Positions 32,532 to 41,735 of a DNA stretch of 64,000 bases are shown here, one piece after another. This DNA is from Gemmatimonadota bacterium (GTDB lineage Bacteria; Gemmatimonadota; Gemmatimonadetes; Gemmatimonadales; GWC2-71-9). Each line of letters begins with the position of its first letter. Position 1 is the stretch's first letter. Made by a program: the position numbers and the translations under genes. Below the pieces are notes generated by a model, which was not told the DNA's origin, ran no database searches, and worked only from the letters and a program-made list of their open reading frames with translations. Location of the stretch: NCBI GenBank assembly GCA_003222055.1, contig QHUT01000055.1:759-64758 (forward strand), in the 5' to 3' direction.

Positions 32532-33556
32532 GCGATCTCCAGGATGATCTTGCCCGCATCGCCCGAGCGGATGGCGTTGAGAGCGTCGTCGATTTTGGCG
32601 AGCGGGAACTGATGGGTGATCACCGGGCGCGGGTCGACCAGTCCCGCCGCGAGATAGCGGCGCATCTGGTGCCACGTCTCGTACATCTTGCGTCCGATCA
32701 CACCGTACACGGTGATGCCCTTGAAGATGATCTCGCTGGCGAAGTCGACCGGCACCTCGCCGTTGGGGATGCCGAGCAGCTGCACCCGCCCGCCGAGACG
32801 CACCGCGGCGAACGCCTGGTGCAGGGCCGACGGCACGCCCGACATCTCGCACACCACGTCGGCGCCTTCGCCCCCGGTCTCGGCCAGCACGACGCGGACC
32901 ACGTCGTCGCGCGTCGCGTCGATCGTCAGGTGGGCACCCATCCGCTGCGCCAGCGCCAACCGCTTGGCATTCACGTCGGAGGCGATCACCTTGGCCGCGC
33001 CCGCGGCCCGGGCGATGCCGACGGCGAAGCACCCGATGGGACCGCACCCCACCACGAAGACGGTGCTGCCGGAAATGTCCGCGGTCAGCACCGTATGAAA
33101 CGCGTTGCCCATCGGATCCATGACCGCGCCGACGGTGGTGGGAATGCCGTCCAGCGGCAGCACGTTGGTGGCGGGCATGGCGATGTATTCGGCGAAGGCG
33201 CCGTCGCGGTCCACGCCGATGATGCGCGTGTTCTTGCAGATGTGGCTGTTGCCGGTGCGGCACTGGAGACAGTGTCCGCACACGATGTGCCCCTCGGCGG
33301 TGACGAGCTGGCCGGGCCGGAGCTCTGCCACCGCGCCACCCACCGCGACGATCTCCCCGGCGAACTCGTGTCCCACCACGAGGGGCGGCCGGAGGCGGCC
33401 TTCCGCCCACGCATTCCAGTCGGCGATGTGCAGATCGGTGCCGCACACGCCAGCATGCCGCACGGCGATCAGCACCTCGCCCGGGCCGGGGGACGGCTTG
33501 GGCACCGTCGTGACCTTGAGGCCGGGGGCGCGGTTCTCTTTGACAATCGCCTGCAT
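32528..33556 (-). CDS. tdh: L-threonine 3-dehydrogenase
   Basis: CGTDLHI, GHEF, AEGHIVCGHCLQC, GRKMYETW. Confidence 0.95.
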   Translation of the reverse strand: MQAIVKENRAPGLKVTTVPKPSPGPGEVLIAVRHAGVCGTDLHIADWNAWAEGRLRPPLVVGHEFAGEIVAVGGAVAELRPGQLVTAEGHIVCGHCLQCRTGNSHICKNTRIIGVDRDGAFAEYIAMPATNVLPLDGIPTTVGAVMDPMGNAFHTVLTADISGSTVFVVGCGPIGCFAVGIARAAGAAKVIASDVNAKRLALAQRMGAHLTIDATRDDVVRVVLAETGGEGADVVCEMSGVPSALHQAFAAVRLGGRVQLLGIPNGEVPVDFASEIIFKGITVYGVIGRKMYETWHQMRRYLAAGLVDPRPVITHQFPLAKIDDALNAIRSGDAGKIILEIA

Positions 33557-33568
33557 CGGGTCGCGGGT

Positions 33569-33599
33569 CGGGGAAGAGGGACGCGGGAAGAGGGACGGG
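33569..33599. repeat. Purine-rich heptamer tandem repeat (GGGAAGA/GGGACGC), single arm
   Basis: gggaagagggacgcgggaagagggacggg; related to 45688-45755. Confidence 0.6.
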
Positions 33600-34391
33600 T
33601 CAAAAAATCGATCGCGTAAATCCCCCGTCCACCTGCAGCGCGGCGCCGGTAATATAACTGGCGCGCTCCGACACGAGGAACGCGACGGCCGCCGCCAACT
33701 CCTCGGTGCGGCCCATGCGCGCCATCGGAATGCCCGCGATCATCTCCCGCATCACCTCCTGGGACGCCCGCTGCTCGCGCTTGGCGCGCGTTTCCGTCAG
33801 CTCCGCGATGCGCTCCGTCGCGATGAAGCCGGGACAGACGACGTTCACGGTGATGCCCTCGGTAGCCACCTCGTCCGCCAGCGCCTTCGCGAAGCCCAGC
33901 ACGCCCGCGCGGGCCGTGGTCGACAGGATCAGGCCGGGCAGCGGCTGCTTGGCGGCGACCGAGGCCAGGCACACGATGCGCCCCCACTGCAGCTTGCGCA
34001 TGAGCGGCACCGCCGCGCGGCAGAGATGAACCACGGAAAGCAGGTTGAGCTCCACGGCGCGGTGGAACGCCTCGGCGCTCTGGTGGCTGAACGGAGCGGC
34101 GGGAGGCCCGCTCGCGTTGCAGAACAACACGTCGAGCCGACCGAGCTCGTGGTGCACACGCTCCACCAGCCCCTCGGCCTGGGCAGGGACGCCGACGTCC
34201 GCCGCAAACGGTGTGACCCGCTGGCCCGTTTCCGACGTGAGCTGGTCGGCTGCGCGCTGGACCACGTCGGCGTGACGGCCGTTGACCGCCACGCGAGCCC
34301 CCTCGTGCGCCAGGGTCTTCGCGACGGCGCGACCCAGGCCCTGGGTGCTGCCGCACACCAACGCCACGCGGCCCGCGAGGCCCAAATCCAT
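33600..34391 (-). CDS. SDR family oxidoreductase
   Basis: MDLGLAGRVALVCGSTQGLG, NVVCPG, YITGAALQVDGG. Confidence 0.92.
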   Translation of the reverse strand: MDLGLAGRVALVCGSTQGLGRAVAKTLAHEGARVAVNGRHADVVQRAADQLTSETGQRVTPFAADVGVPAQAEGLVERVHHELGRLDVLFCNASGPPAAPFSHQSAEAFHRAVELNLLSVVHLCRAAVPLMRKLQWGRIVCLASVAAKQPLPGLILSTTARAGVLGFAKALADEVATEGITVNVVCPGFIATERIAELTETRAKREQRASQEVMREMIAGIPMARMGRTEELAAAVAFLVSERASYITGAALQVDGGFTRSIF

Positions 34392-34429
34392 GGGCCGAAT
34401 TTACGGGAAAGGGGCTACCCCGGTTAGAA

Positions 34430-34457
34430 GTAGGGGCGCAGCATGCTGCGCCCCTAC
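34430..34457. repeat. GTAG-type REP-like perfect palindrome
   Basis: GTAGGGGCGCAGCATGCTGCGCCCCTAC, a 28-bp perfect inverted repeat just after the fdh stop. Confidence 0.8.
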
Positions 34458-34464
34458 ACGTCGG

Positions 34465-37419
34465 TCAGTCCGCCACCGCGACGTGAGCCGGCTCGAGCCG
34501 CACGGCGCAGCACTTGAGCTCGGCCATCTTGGCGTAGGGATCGAGCACGGGGTTGGTGAGGAGGTTCGCCGCCGCTTCGCGGAAGTGGAAGGGGACGAAC
34601 ACCTGCCCCCGCGCGACGCGCTCCGAGATGCGGCAGGAGCTCACCATCGCATTGCGGCGCGACGTGAGCCGCACGAGATCCCCGTCCTCCAGGCCCAGCT
34701 GCGCCGCGTCGTCCGGGTGAATCTCGACGACGGGCGTGGGCTCCCGCTGATCGAGCCCCGAGGCGCGCCGGGTCATGGTGCCGGTGTGCCAGTGGTACAG
34801 CTGCCGGCCGGTGTTCATGACGAACGGGTACTGGTCGTCGGGGAGCTCGACCGGCGGCGCGTACTCGACCGGCACGAACGTCCCCTTCCCGTCGGCGGTC
34901 GGGAAGCGCTCGTCGAACAGGAACGCGGTGCCCGCGTGCCCGGGCGTCGGCACCGGATACTGCAGACCCGCCCCCTCCAGCCGCGGGTAGGTCACCCCTC
35001 TCCAGGACGGGGTCACCGTGACGATTTCGCCCATGACGGCCTCCGCCGTGGCGAAGTGGGTGCGCAGGCCCAGACGGTTGGACAAATCGATCAGGATGTC
35101 CAGATCGCGGCGCGCGTCGCCCGGCGGGTCCACGGCCCGCTGCGCGAGCTGGATCCGCCGCTCCGTGTTCACGAACGTGCCGCTCTTCTCGGCGAAGCTC
35201 GAGCCGGGGAGCACCACGTCGGCGTATCGCGCGGTCTCGGTGAGGAACAAATCGTGCACCACGAGGAACTCGAGCTCCCGGAACCAGTGCTCGGCATGCG
35301 CGATGTCGGGATCGGAGATGATGGGGTTCTCCCCCATGATGTACATCCCGCGAACCCCGCTCTCCTCTTTCACGATCTCCGTCACCATGAGCCCCTCCTT
35401 GAGCGAGAGAGACTCCGCCGGCACGTCCCACGCCTTGGCGTATTCGGCGCGGACCTTGGGGTCCTTCACGGAGCGGTAGTCCGTGTAGACGAAGGGGATC
35501 GCGCCGACGTCCGAGGCGCCCTGCACGTTGTTCTGGCCGCGCACGGGCATCATCGCCGCGCCCCAACGGCCGATCATGCCACACGCGAGCATCAGGTTGA
35601 GGAGCGACGTGACAAGGTCGGTGCCGTTGGCGTGCTGCGTGAGGCCCATCGCCCACAGCGTGCTGGTGTTCGGCCCGCGCGCGTAGATCTCCGCCGCCTC
35701 GCGGATTCGCTCGGCCGGGACGCCGGTGATCTTCGCCGCCACCTCGGGCGTCATGGCCCGCACCGACTCGCGCAGCTTGTCGAACGCGTGCGTCCGCCGG
35801 GCGACAAAGTCTTTGGCTTCGAGCCCGCTCGTGATGACGTGGTTGAGCATCGCGTTGAACAGCGCCACGTCGGTGCCGGGCTGCATCTGGAGGTGGACGT
35901 CGGCCCGCGCGGCGAGCTCGGTCTTGCGGGGGTCGGCCACGATGAGCGTCGCGCCCCGCTCGTGGGCGCGCTTGATCGCGGCCCCGAAGACGGGATGGGA
36001 CTCGGTCGTGTTCGCGCCCGCGATGAAGATGACGTCCGCCGCGTGCTCGACCTCGCGCATCGAGCCCGAAGCCGCGGAGGTGTTCAGCGCCCGCTGCATC
36101 GCGGCCACCGAGGTCGAATGGCACAGGCGCGTGCAGTGGTCGATGTTGTTGGTCCCGAGCGCGCCGCGGAACATCCGCATCATGACGTAGTTCTCCTCGT
36201 TCGTGCACTTGGCCGAGGAGAAGCACGCGAGGGCGTCGCCGCCGCGCTCACGTTTGATGCGCAACAGCTCCTGCGCCGTGAGCTCCATCGCCTCGTCCCA
36301 GGAGGCCTCGCGGAAGGGCTCGTACCAGGCCGCAGGCGTCGCCACCCGGTCGCGGATGTCCATGTCCAGCCGCTCGAGCAGCGGCAGATCGCGCACCGCC
36401 TTGCCGACCGCCCGCGGCGGTCCCGCCGGTTTCACCGTCTGGCCCTCCGCCTCGATGGACTGCCACGGGCCGCCGCGGCGCTCCGCGCCCGTCGGCCCGC
36501 GCCATACCCAATGACCGCCCTGCTTGAGCCAGCCCCGCCTGATCAGCGGCTTGGTGAGGCGGTCGTGATGTTGGGGGAAGTCGTAGCCGAACCGGCCCTT
36601 CACGCAGGTCGAGCCTTGGTTGGGCGTGTCGAGCTCGATGTCGGGCGACGTGACCCGCATGATCCTGTCGTCCGCGACGTGCAGGTCGACCTGACACCCG
36701 ACGCCACAGTAGGGGCACACCGAGCGAACGGTGCGCTGCGGCTGGCGGATCTGCTCCGGGGCGAACCGCTCCTGCGGCATCACCTCGAAAATGGCGCCGG
36801 TGGGGCACACCCGAACGCACTCGCCACACCAGGTGCATCCCGCCTTGTCGGGATCGCCGTCCGCGCCCACGATGATCTCGGCGTGCTCGCCTCGCTGCGC
36901 CACGTCCAGCACGCCCACCACCTGGATGTCCTCGCACGCGCGGACACAGCGGGTGCAGAGGATGCAGGTGCTCATATCGTGTCGGATCATCGGGTCACCG
37001 GGGCGCTCGTCGCCGTGACGCAGCGCCAGGTCCCGCGCCCCGAGCGGTGTGGGCGCTACGCCGTACCGCACCACGTAGCGCTCGAACTCGTTGCGCGGCG
37101 CGGCCCGGCCACCGTTCCGCAGGTGGTCCCCGGGATAGCGCTCGAGCAGCAGCCGGAGCACGCCCTTGCGGTTCTCGACCGCGGCATGGGATTCGGTCTG
37201 CACGACCATCCCGTCGGCCACCTTAGTCGCGCACGCCGGCACGAGCTTCGCCTGGCCCTCGACCGACACGAGGCAGATGCGGCAGTTGCCGACGATGGGC
37301 AGCTTGGGATACCAGCAGAGGGTGGGGATGTCGGCGATCCCCGCGGCGCGGGCGGCGTCGAGGATCGTCTGCTCGGCGTCGGCCGTGACCCGGCGACCGT
37401 TGACCGTCAGCGTGACCAT
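34465..37419 (-). CDS. fdhF: Formate dehydrogenase alpha subunit (Mo/W-bisPGD, Cys-type, N-terminal Fe-S domains)
   Basis: CRICLV 2Fe-2S, CILCTRCVRAC, CPYCGVGC, CVKGRFG, DHCTRLCH, RGQNNVQG. Confidence 0.9.
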   Translation of the reverse strand: MVTLTVNGRRVTADAEQTILDAARAAGIADIPTLCWYPKLPIVGNCRICLVSVEGQAKLVPACATKVADGMVVQTESHAAVENRKGVLRLLLERYPGDHLRNGGRAAPRNEFERYVVRYGVAPTPLGARDLALRHGDERPGDPMIRHDMSTCILCTRCVRACEDIQVVGVLDVAQRGEHAEIIVGADGDPDKAGCTWCGECVRVCPTGAIFEVMPQERFAPEQIRQPQRTVRSVCPYCGVGCQVDLHVADDRIMRVTSPDIELDTPNQGSTCVKGRFGYDFPQHHDRLTKPLIRRGWLKQGGHWVWRGPTGAERRGGPWQSIEAEGQTVKPAGPPRAVGKAVRDLPLLERLDMDIRDRVATPAAWYEPFREASWDEAMELTAQELLRIKRERGGDALACFSSAKCTNEENYVMMRMFRGALGTNNIDHCTRLCHSTSVAAMQRALNTSAASGSMREVEHAADVIFIAGANTTESHPVFGAAIKRAHERGATLIVADPRKTELAARADVHLQMQPGTDVALFNAMLNHVITSGLEAKDFVARRTHAFDKLRESVRAMTPEVAAKITGVPAERIREAAEIYARGPNTSTLWAMGLTQHANGTDLVTSLLNLMLACGMIGRWGAAMMPVRGQNNVQGASDVGAIPFVYTDYRSVKDPKVRAEYAKAWDVPAESLSLKEGLMVTEIVKEESGVRGMYIMGENPIISDPDIAHAEHWFRELEFLVVHDLFLTETARYADVVLPGSSFAEKSGTFVNTERRIQLAQRAVDPPGDARRDLDILIDLSNRLGLRTHFATAEAVMGEIVTVTPSWRGVTYPRLEGAGLQYPVPTPGHAGTAFLFDERFPTADGKGTFVPVEYAPPVELPDDQYPFVMNTGRQLYHWHTGTMTRRASGLDQREPTPVVEIHPDDAAQLGLEDGDLVRLTSRRNAMVSSCRISERVARGQVFVPFHFREAAANLLTNPVLDPYAKMAELKCCAVRLEPAHVAVAD

Positions 37420-37487
37420 GACGGGGAAGATTAGCCGCCGCGGCCGCCGGCTACCAGCCGTCGAGCCCCGGAGCGATAAAAGCGGCA

Positions 37488-37511
37488 CGGGCCGGCTGGA
37501 GGGCCGGCCCG
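37488..37511 (-). terminator. GC-rich hairpin after the small ORF, possible terminator or attenuator upstream of fdh
   Basis: 9-bp stem CGGGCCGGC/GCCGGCCCG with a 6-nt loop; short offset U-run. Confidence 0.45.
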
Positions 37512-37516
37512 GGTGC

Positions 37517-37684
37517 TCAGTCGAGATGTTCGGGGAGGTGGCGGTGCGTGTGGTCGCCCGCCTCGCCCTCGTCCGTGAACCAGCAGTAGGCCCAAATCTT
37601 GGCCGGGCGGAGCATTCGACGGCCCGCTTGCATGATGATGCCCAGGGGCTCGTCTTCTTCGAGGACTAGAGGGAGACTCGTCAT
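37517..37684 (-). CDS. Small hypothetical protein (about 55 aa)
   Basis: Fills the gap between two genes; GC3-biased codons; sigma-54-like promoter upstream and hairpin downstream. Confidence 0.55.
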   Translation of the reverse strand: MTSLPLVLEEDEPLGIIMQAGRRMLRPAKIWAYCWFTDEGEAGDHTHRHLPEHLD

Positions 37685-37722
37685 TCCGCACATGTCCACG
37701 TTGCAGGTTGCCCGCTGCTCGA

Positions 37723-37738
37723 GGCAAAGCCCTTGCCG
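37723..37738 (-). promoter_or_regulatory. Sigma-54 (-24/-12)-like promoter
   Basis: Minus strand CGGCAAGGGCTTTGCC has GG-N10-GC spacing and TTGC. Confidence 0.55.
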
Positions 37739-37801
37739 TGGGCCGTATCGTGTAACTTGGCGTCCTGCAACGTGTAACGTGTGGCGAGGCTGGCCGGGTG
37801 G

Positions 37802-38653
37802 TCACTCCGACACGTTCAGCGCCGTGTCGCGCTGACGCTCAGGCTTGGTCGCTGTGAAGCCGGCGCCCGCCTTGGTACGACGGCGCCGCACGATCTCCCA
37901 GTCGCCGTACTGCGTCTGGAGCGCCTCCGGGGCGAGTGGGATGACCTCGCTGGCGGTGGGGCTGGGCAGGATCACGTGCACGCCGCCTGGGCGGGTGCGG
38001 GCCTGGAGCTCCGCCAAGAGCCCGTTGCGGTCGCGCGCCCGGGCAGGCGCGAGGGCGGCGGGATCGATCACCACGACGCTGGGCGACACGTCGGGAAACC
38101 AGCCGCCGAACGTGACCACGAGCGCCTGGAAGCGCCCCGCCAGCTGCTCGGTGACGGCCCGGCTCTCGGCGCCCTCGATGGCGGCCAGGTCCTGGTCGAT
38201 CAGGAACACCTCCGCGTCGTGGGCGGCGATGAACAAGGCGGCGGGCAACGCCGCCGCGCCGATGACCACGCCGACGTCCCCGGGCTCGAGGCGGCGCACC
38301 GAGCTCACGAGCGCCCCGTCCGGCTCGAGGCCCCAGTGCGTGGGCGCGCGCTGCGCGGCCCGCAGCGCGCGGTGCTTCTGGCGCCAGCGCGGGAACGCGG
38401 GGAGCCGCAGCCGGCGCGCGATGATGCGGTCCACGTGCTCGAGCAGCAGCACCTCGGTGAGCAGATACTGCCCCGCCGCGCTCTCTTCCAGCTCGCGAAC
38501 GGCCTCGTCCCCGATCTCGAGCAGCTCCTCGCGGGTGAGGGTGTTCTTGTATTCCTCGATGCGCTGCAGCAGGAACTCGTGGTACTCCTGCTTGAGCGAG
38601 CGCGGCGGCCGACGCGCCGTGCGGGAGTGGTGCTCTCCGGACAGGCTCAGCAT
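37802..38653 (-). CDS. Hypothetical protein: helical N-terminal domain plus degenerate class I methyltransferase-like fold
   Basis: VVIGAAA, VFLID…AIE, RTRPGGVHVI resemble methyltransferase motifs. Confidence 0.7.
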   Translation of the reverse strand: MLSLSGEHHSRTARRPPRSLKQEYHEFLLQRIEEYKNTLTREELLEIGDEAVRELEESAAGQYLLTEVLLLEHVDRIIARRLRLPAFPRWRQKHRALRAAQRAPTHWGLEPDGALVSSVRRLEPGDVGVVIGAAALPAALFIAAHDAEVFLIDQDLAAIEGAESRAVTEQLAGRFQALVVTFGGWFPDVSPSVVVIDPAALAPARARDRNGLLAELQARTRPGGVHVILPSPTASEVIPLAPEALQTQYGDWEIVRRRRTKAGAGFTATKPERQRDTALNVSE

Positions 38654-39501
38654 GGCTCCACGTGCACGGTGACCTCGTGCAGCTGCAAGTCGCGCTTGAG
38701 CCGCTCTTCCACCTGGTCGGCGATCGCGTGGGCGGATTCGACGTCGGCGTGGCGATCGACGCACACCGTGACCTCGGCGTAGCGCAGGTCGGAGGGCCCG
38801 CGGGACCGGATGCTGTAGGCGCTCTTCACGCCCGGCACCGCCTGGGCGGCGTCCTGGATGTCGCGCGTGGGAATGGCGCGCTCGTCCACCAGCACGGGGA
38901 CGGTGCGCGCCAGGATACCGTAGGCCACGAACACGATCACCAGCGCCACGACGATCGCGACCGCCGAGTCCGCCCACCACCAGCCCTGGCGCATGAGCAG
39001 GACGCTCACCACGACGCCGACCGTGACGAAGACGTCGGCGCGTGTGTGCGCCGCGTCGGCCACCAGCAGCTCGCTGCCGAGGTCGGTGCCGCGGCGGTGC
39101 TCGTACCAGGTGATCAGCACGTTCACACCGAATGTGAGTACGAGCAGCGCCAGCTGCCAATCGCTGACGTTGACGCGATGGGTGCCGCTCACGAGGTGGT
39201 TGACCGCCCCCCGCACCAGCTCGAAGCAGCTGATCGACAGGAATCCGACGATGGCGAGCGCGCCGAGCGTCTCGAACTTGCCGTGGCCATAGGGGTGGTC
39301 CTCATCGGGCTCCTTGGCTGCCACGCGAATCACGATCAGGGCGAGCACGTTGTTCAGCGCGTCCACGCAGGAATCGACCGCGCCGCCGAGGATGGCGAGC
39401 GACCCGGACGCGAATCCCACCCAGAGCTTCACCCCCACGACCGCCAGGTTGGCGACCAGGAGGCCGATGAACACTCGGCGGACGAGGGCGGACGCCGGCA
39501 T
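38647..39501 (-). CDS. Cation diffusion facilitator transporter (FieF-like)
   Basis: PDEDHPYGHGKFE, ADAAHTRAD, VHVEP. Confidence 0.93.
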   Translation of the reverse strand: MPASALVRRVFIGLLVANLAVVGVKLWVGFASGSLAILGGAVDSCVDALNNVLALIVIRVAAKEPDEDHPYGHGKFETLGALAIVGFLSISCFELVRGAVNHLVSGTHRVNVSDWQLALLVLTFGVNVLITWYEHRRGTDLGSELLVADAAHTRADVFVTVGVVVSVLLMRQGWWWADSAVAIVVALVIVFVAYGILARTVPVLVDERAIPTRDIQDAAQAVPGVKSAYSIRSRGPSDLRYAEVTVCVDRHADVESAHAIADQVEERLKRDLQLHEVTVHVEPC

Positions 39502-39557
39502 GGACAGGAATGCAAGGTTGTAAAGGACAGCGGTTTAGTCAACGGGGACGTCGACCG

Positions 39558-40736
39558 CTACGGCACCGCTCGCAGGAGAGCCCCCTTCAAGTAGCCGGTC
39601 TCCGGTACGTTGACGAGCTCGGGGTGGTCGCGCCCCGCGCCCGTGACGGCGAGGAGCTGGAGGCGCCGGCCCGAGTCCCGGGCCGCGGCGGCGACCATGT
39701 CGAGGAAGACCGCGCGGTTCACGTGGTACGAGCACGAGCACGTGAACAGGACGCCCCGCGCCGCCAGTAGGCGCATGGCGCGCAGGTTGATCTCCTTGTA
39801 GCCAGCGAGGGCGCGGACCAGGCTCTGCTTGGATTTGGCGAACGCGGGTGGATCGAGCACCACGGTGTCGAAGCGCTCCTCGCGGCGCTCGAGCTCGCGC
39901 AGCAGATCGAATGCGTTCGCCTCGCGCCAGCTGATGTTCGTGAGCCCGTTCAGAGTCGCGTTCTCCTGCCCCCGCGCCAGCGCCTCGGCGCTCGAGTCCA
40001 CGGCCACCACCGCCGCCGCCCGGCGGGCCAGGTGGAGCGCGAACGAGCCGTGGTAGGTGAACAAGTCGAGCGCCTGGCCCGGGCCGGTGTGCTCGCCCAC
40101 GAGCACGCGGTTCTCGCGCTGATCGAGGAAAGCCCCGGTCTTCTGGCCCTCGTGGGGGGCGGCGCGATACCGGATCCCGTGCTCCTCCACCTCCACGGTT
40201 GCCGGCACGACGCCAGCGGCCGCGACGACCTCGAGAGGAAGTCCTTCGTGCCGCCGGATCGCGGAGTCGTTGCGCAGCAGGATCCCGTCGGGCGTGAGGG
40301 CCGCACTGATCCCCGCCAGCACGTCGTCCCTGACCTGCTCCAGTCCGGTCGAGAGCAGTTGGGCGACGACGTAAGGGCCGTAGCGGTCCACGACGAGGGA
40401 CGGGAGGCCGTCCCCCTCGGCGTGGACCACGCGATACGCCGTGGCGGCGAGCCCTTCGCGCCGGGCGGCCGCCGCGCGGATGCGCTCGCCCCACCAGGCG
40501 GCGTCGACCGGCTCACGGCCGCGCGTGAGCAGGCGCAGGCGGATCTCCGACTTGGGGGAGTACAGCGCCTGGCCGAGGTGGCGGCCGCGGCGGTCGGTGA
40601 CGGCGACGATCCCGGGGGCATCGCCCGGCTCGTCGTACAGGTCGGTCCGATAGATCCAGGGGTGGCCGGCCTGCCAGCGGGCGGCGCCCTTTGCGCTCAC
40701 GATGGCCGTTGCCACGCCGATCTGCGGTGCGTCCAT
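39558..40736 (-). CDS. rlmI: RlmI-like class I SAM-dependent rRNA methyltransferase
   Basis: GHPWIY, EGDGLP, GQKTGAFLDQRENR, LDPPAFAK, PETGYLKG. Confidence 0.88.
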   Translation of the reverse strand: MDAPQIGVATAIVSAKGAARWQAGHPWIYRTDLYDEPGDAPGIVAVTDRRGRHLGQALYSPKSEIRLRLLTRGREPVDAAWWGERIRAAAARREGLAATAYRVVHAEGDGLPSLVVDRYGPYVVAQLLSTGLEQVRDDVLAGISAALTPDGILLRNDSAIRRHEGLPLEVVAAAGVVPATVEVEEHGIRYRAAPHEGQKTGAFLDQRENRVLVGEHTGPGQALDLFTYHGSFALHLARRAAAVVAVDSSAEALARGQENATLNGLTNISWREANAFDLLRELERREERFDTVVLDPPAFAKSKQSLVRALAGYKEINLRAMRLLAARGVLFTCSCSYHVNRAVFLDMVAAAARDSGRRLQLLAVTGAGRDHPELVNVPETGYLKGALLRAVP

Positions 40737-41107
40737 CAGTCTGTGCGCCGGTCGGGTCGCAGCTGGGCCGCGTCGCGCAGGTACATATGTTTCAGCTCAC
40801 GCTGCGGCTTGGCCGTGTAGAAGTGGAGCAGGACGCGGATGCAGCGCGACAATCCGTCCGGGACGGCGACTTCCGCGGCTCCCAGGAGGGGCACGTCGCT
40901 CCAGCCGAGCAGCCGGGCGGCGCGCGCCGGGTACTCGGCGGTGAGGTCGGGAGACGACGTGAAGATCGCGCTCTCGACTTCCTCGGGCCGAAACCCGTTG
41001 GCCTCCTGAAGCGCGCGCAACAGCTCGGCCGTCGCGTTGAGGATCGCTTCGCGCGAGTTCGCCGCCGCCGTGGTGGCGCCGCGCAGCCCACGCAGAGTCT
41101 TGGTCAT
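40736..41107 (-). CDS. aroH: Chorismate mutase, AroH class
   Basis: LRGLRGATT, YPARAAR, CIRVLLH, YLRDAAQLRPD. Confidence 0.93.
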   Translation of the reverse strand: MTKTLRGLRGATTAAANSREAILNATAELLRALQEANGFRPEEVESAIFTSSPDLTAEYPARAARLLGWSDVPLLGAAEVAVPDGLSRCIRVLLHFYTAKPQRELKHMYLRDAAQLRPDRRTD

Positions 41108-41735
41108 GGCGCTCGCCGATCAGTTGCGCTTGATGGTGCTCACGGATGCCGCGCTCCTCAAGGGGCGCGACCCCGTGGCCGAGTGCCGCCAGGCGGCGCG
41201 TGGCGGGGCGACGATGATCCAGGTGCGCCTCAAGGACGCGCCGCCGCGTGACGTCGCGGCCCTCACGCGCTCCCTGGTGGGCGCCCTCGCCATCCCCGTG
41301 ATCGTCAACGACCGGGTCGACGTGGCGCTCGCCGCCGGGGCGGCCGGCGCCCACCTCGGCCAGGACGACCTGCCGCTCGACCGCGTGCGGCCCCACGTCC
41401 CCCCGCCCCCGGCCTTCCTGCTCGGCGTCTCCGTCGGCACGCCCGCCGAGGCGGACCGGGTGCGCGGCTGGCGCGCCGACTACTGGAGCGTCGGCCCGTG
41501 CTTCGCCACGGAGAACAAGCCGGATGCCGGCCCGCCGCTCGGGACCGAGGGCTTCGCGCGACTCGCCCGGCTCGCCCCGACCGGGACGCCGGTGATCGCG
41601 ATCGGCGGCATCAGCGCGGCCAACGCCGCCGCGGTCGCGCGCGCCGGCGCCGCCGGCATCGCCGTGATCGGCGCCGTGTGGAGCGCTACCGACCCGGCGG
41701 GTGCGGCGCGCGCGCTGCGCGTCGCATTTCCTTGA
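41106..41735 (+). CDS. thiE: Thiamine phosphate synthase
   Basis: QVRLK, IVNDRVDVA, HLGQDDL, AIGGI. Confidence 0.92.
   Translation: MALADQLRLMVLTDAALLKGRDPVAECRQAARGGATMIQVRLKDAPPRDVAALTRSLVGALAIPVIVNDRVDVALAAGAAGAHLGQDDLPLDRVRPHVPPPPAFLLGVSVGTPAEADRVRGWRADYWSVGPCFATENKPDAGPPLGTEGFARLARLAPTGTPVIAIGGISAANAAAVARAGAAGIAVIGAVWSATDPAGAARALRVAFP

Noticed and set aside
36110-36140. Selenocysteine in the formate dehydrogenase
   Set aside because: The active-site codon is TGC (RLCH) and the frame is uninterrupted.
34282-37434. 1050-aa plus-strand ORF and other long antisense ORFs (e.g. 497-2071, 2368-4146, 7318-9159, 43187-44488, 62021-63931)
   Set aside because: Shadow frames of well-supported genes in high-GC DNA; no recognisable motifs.
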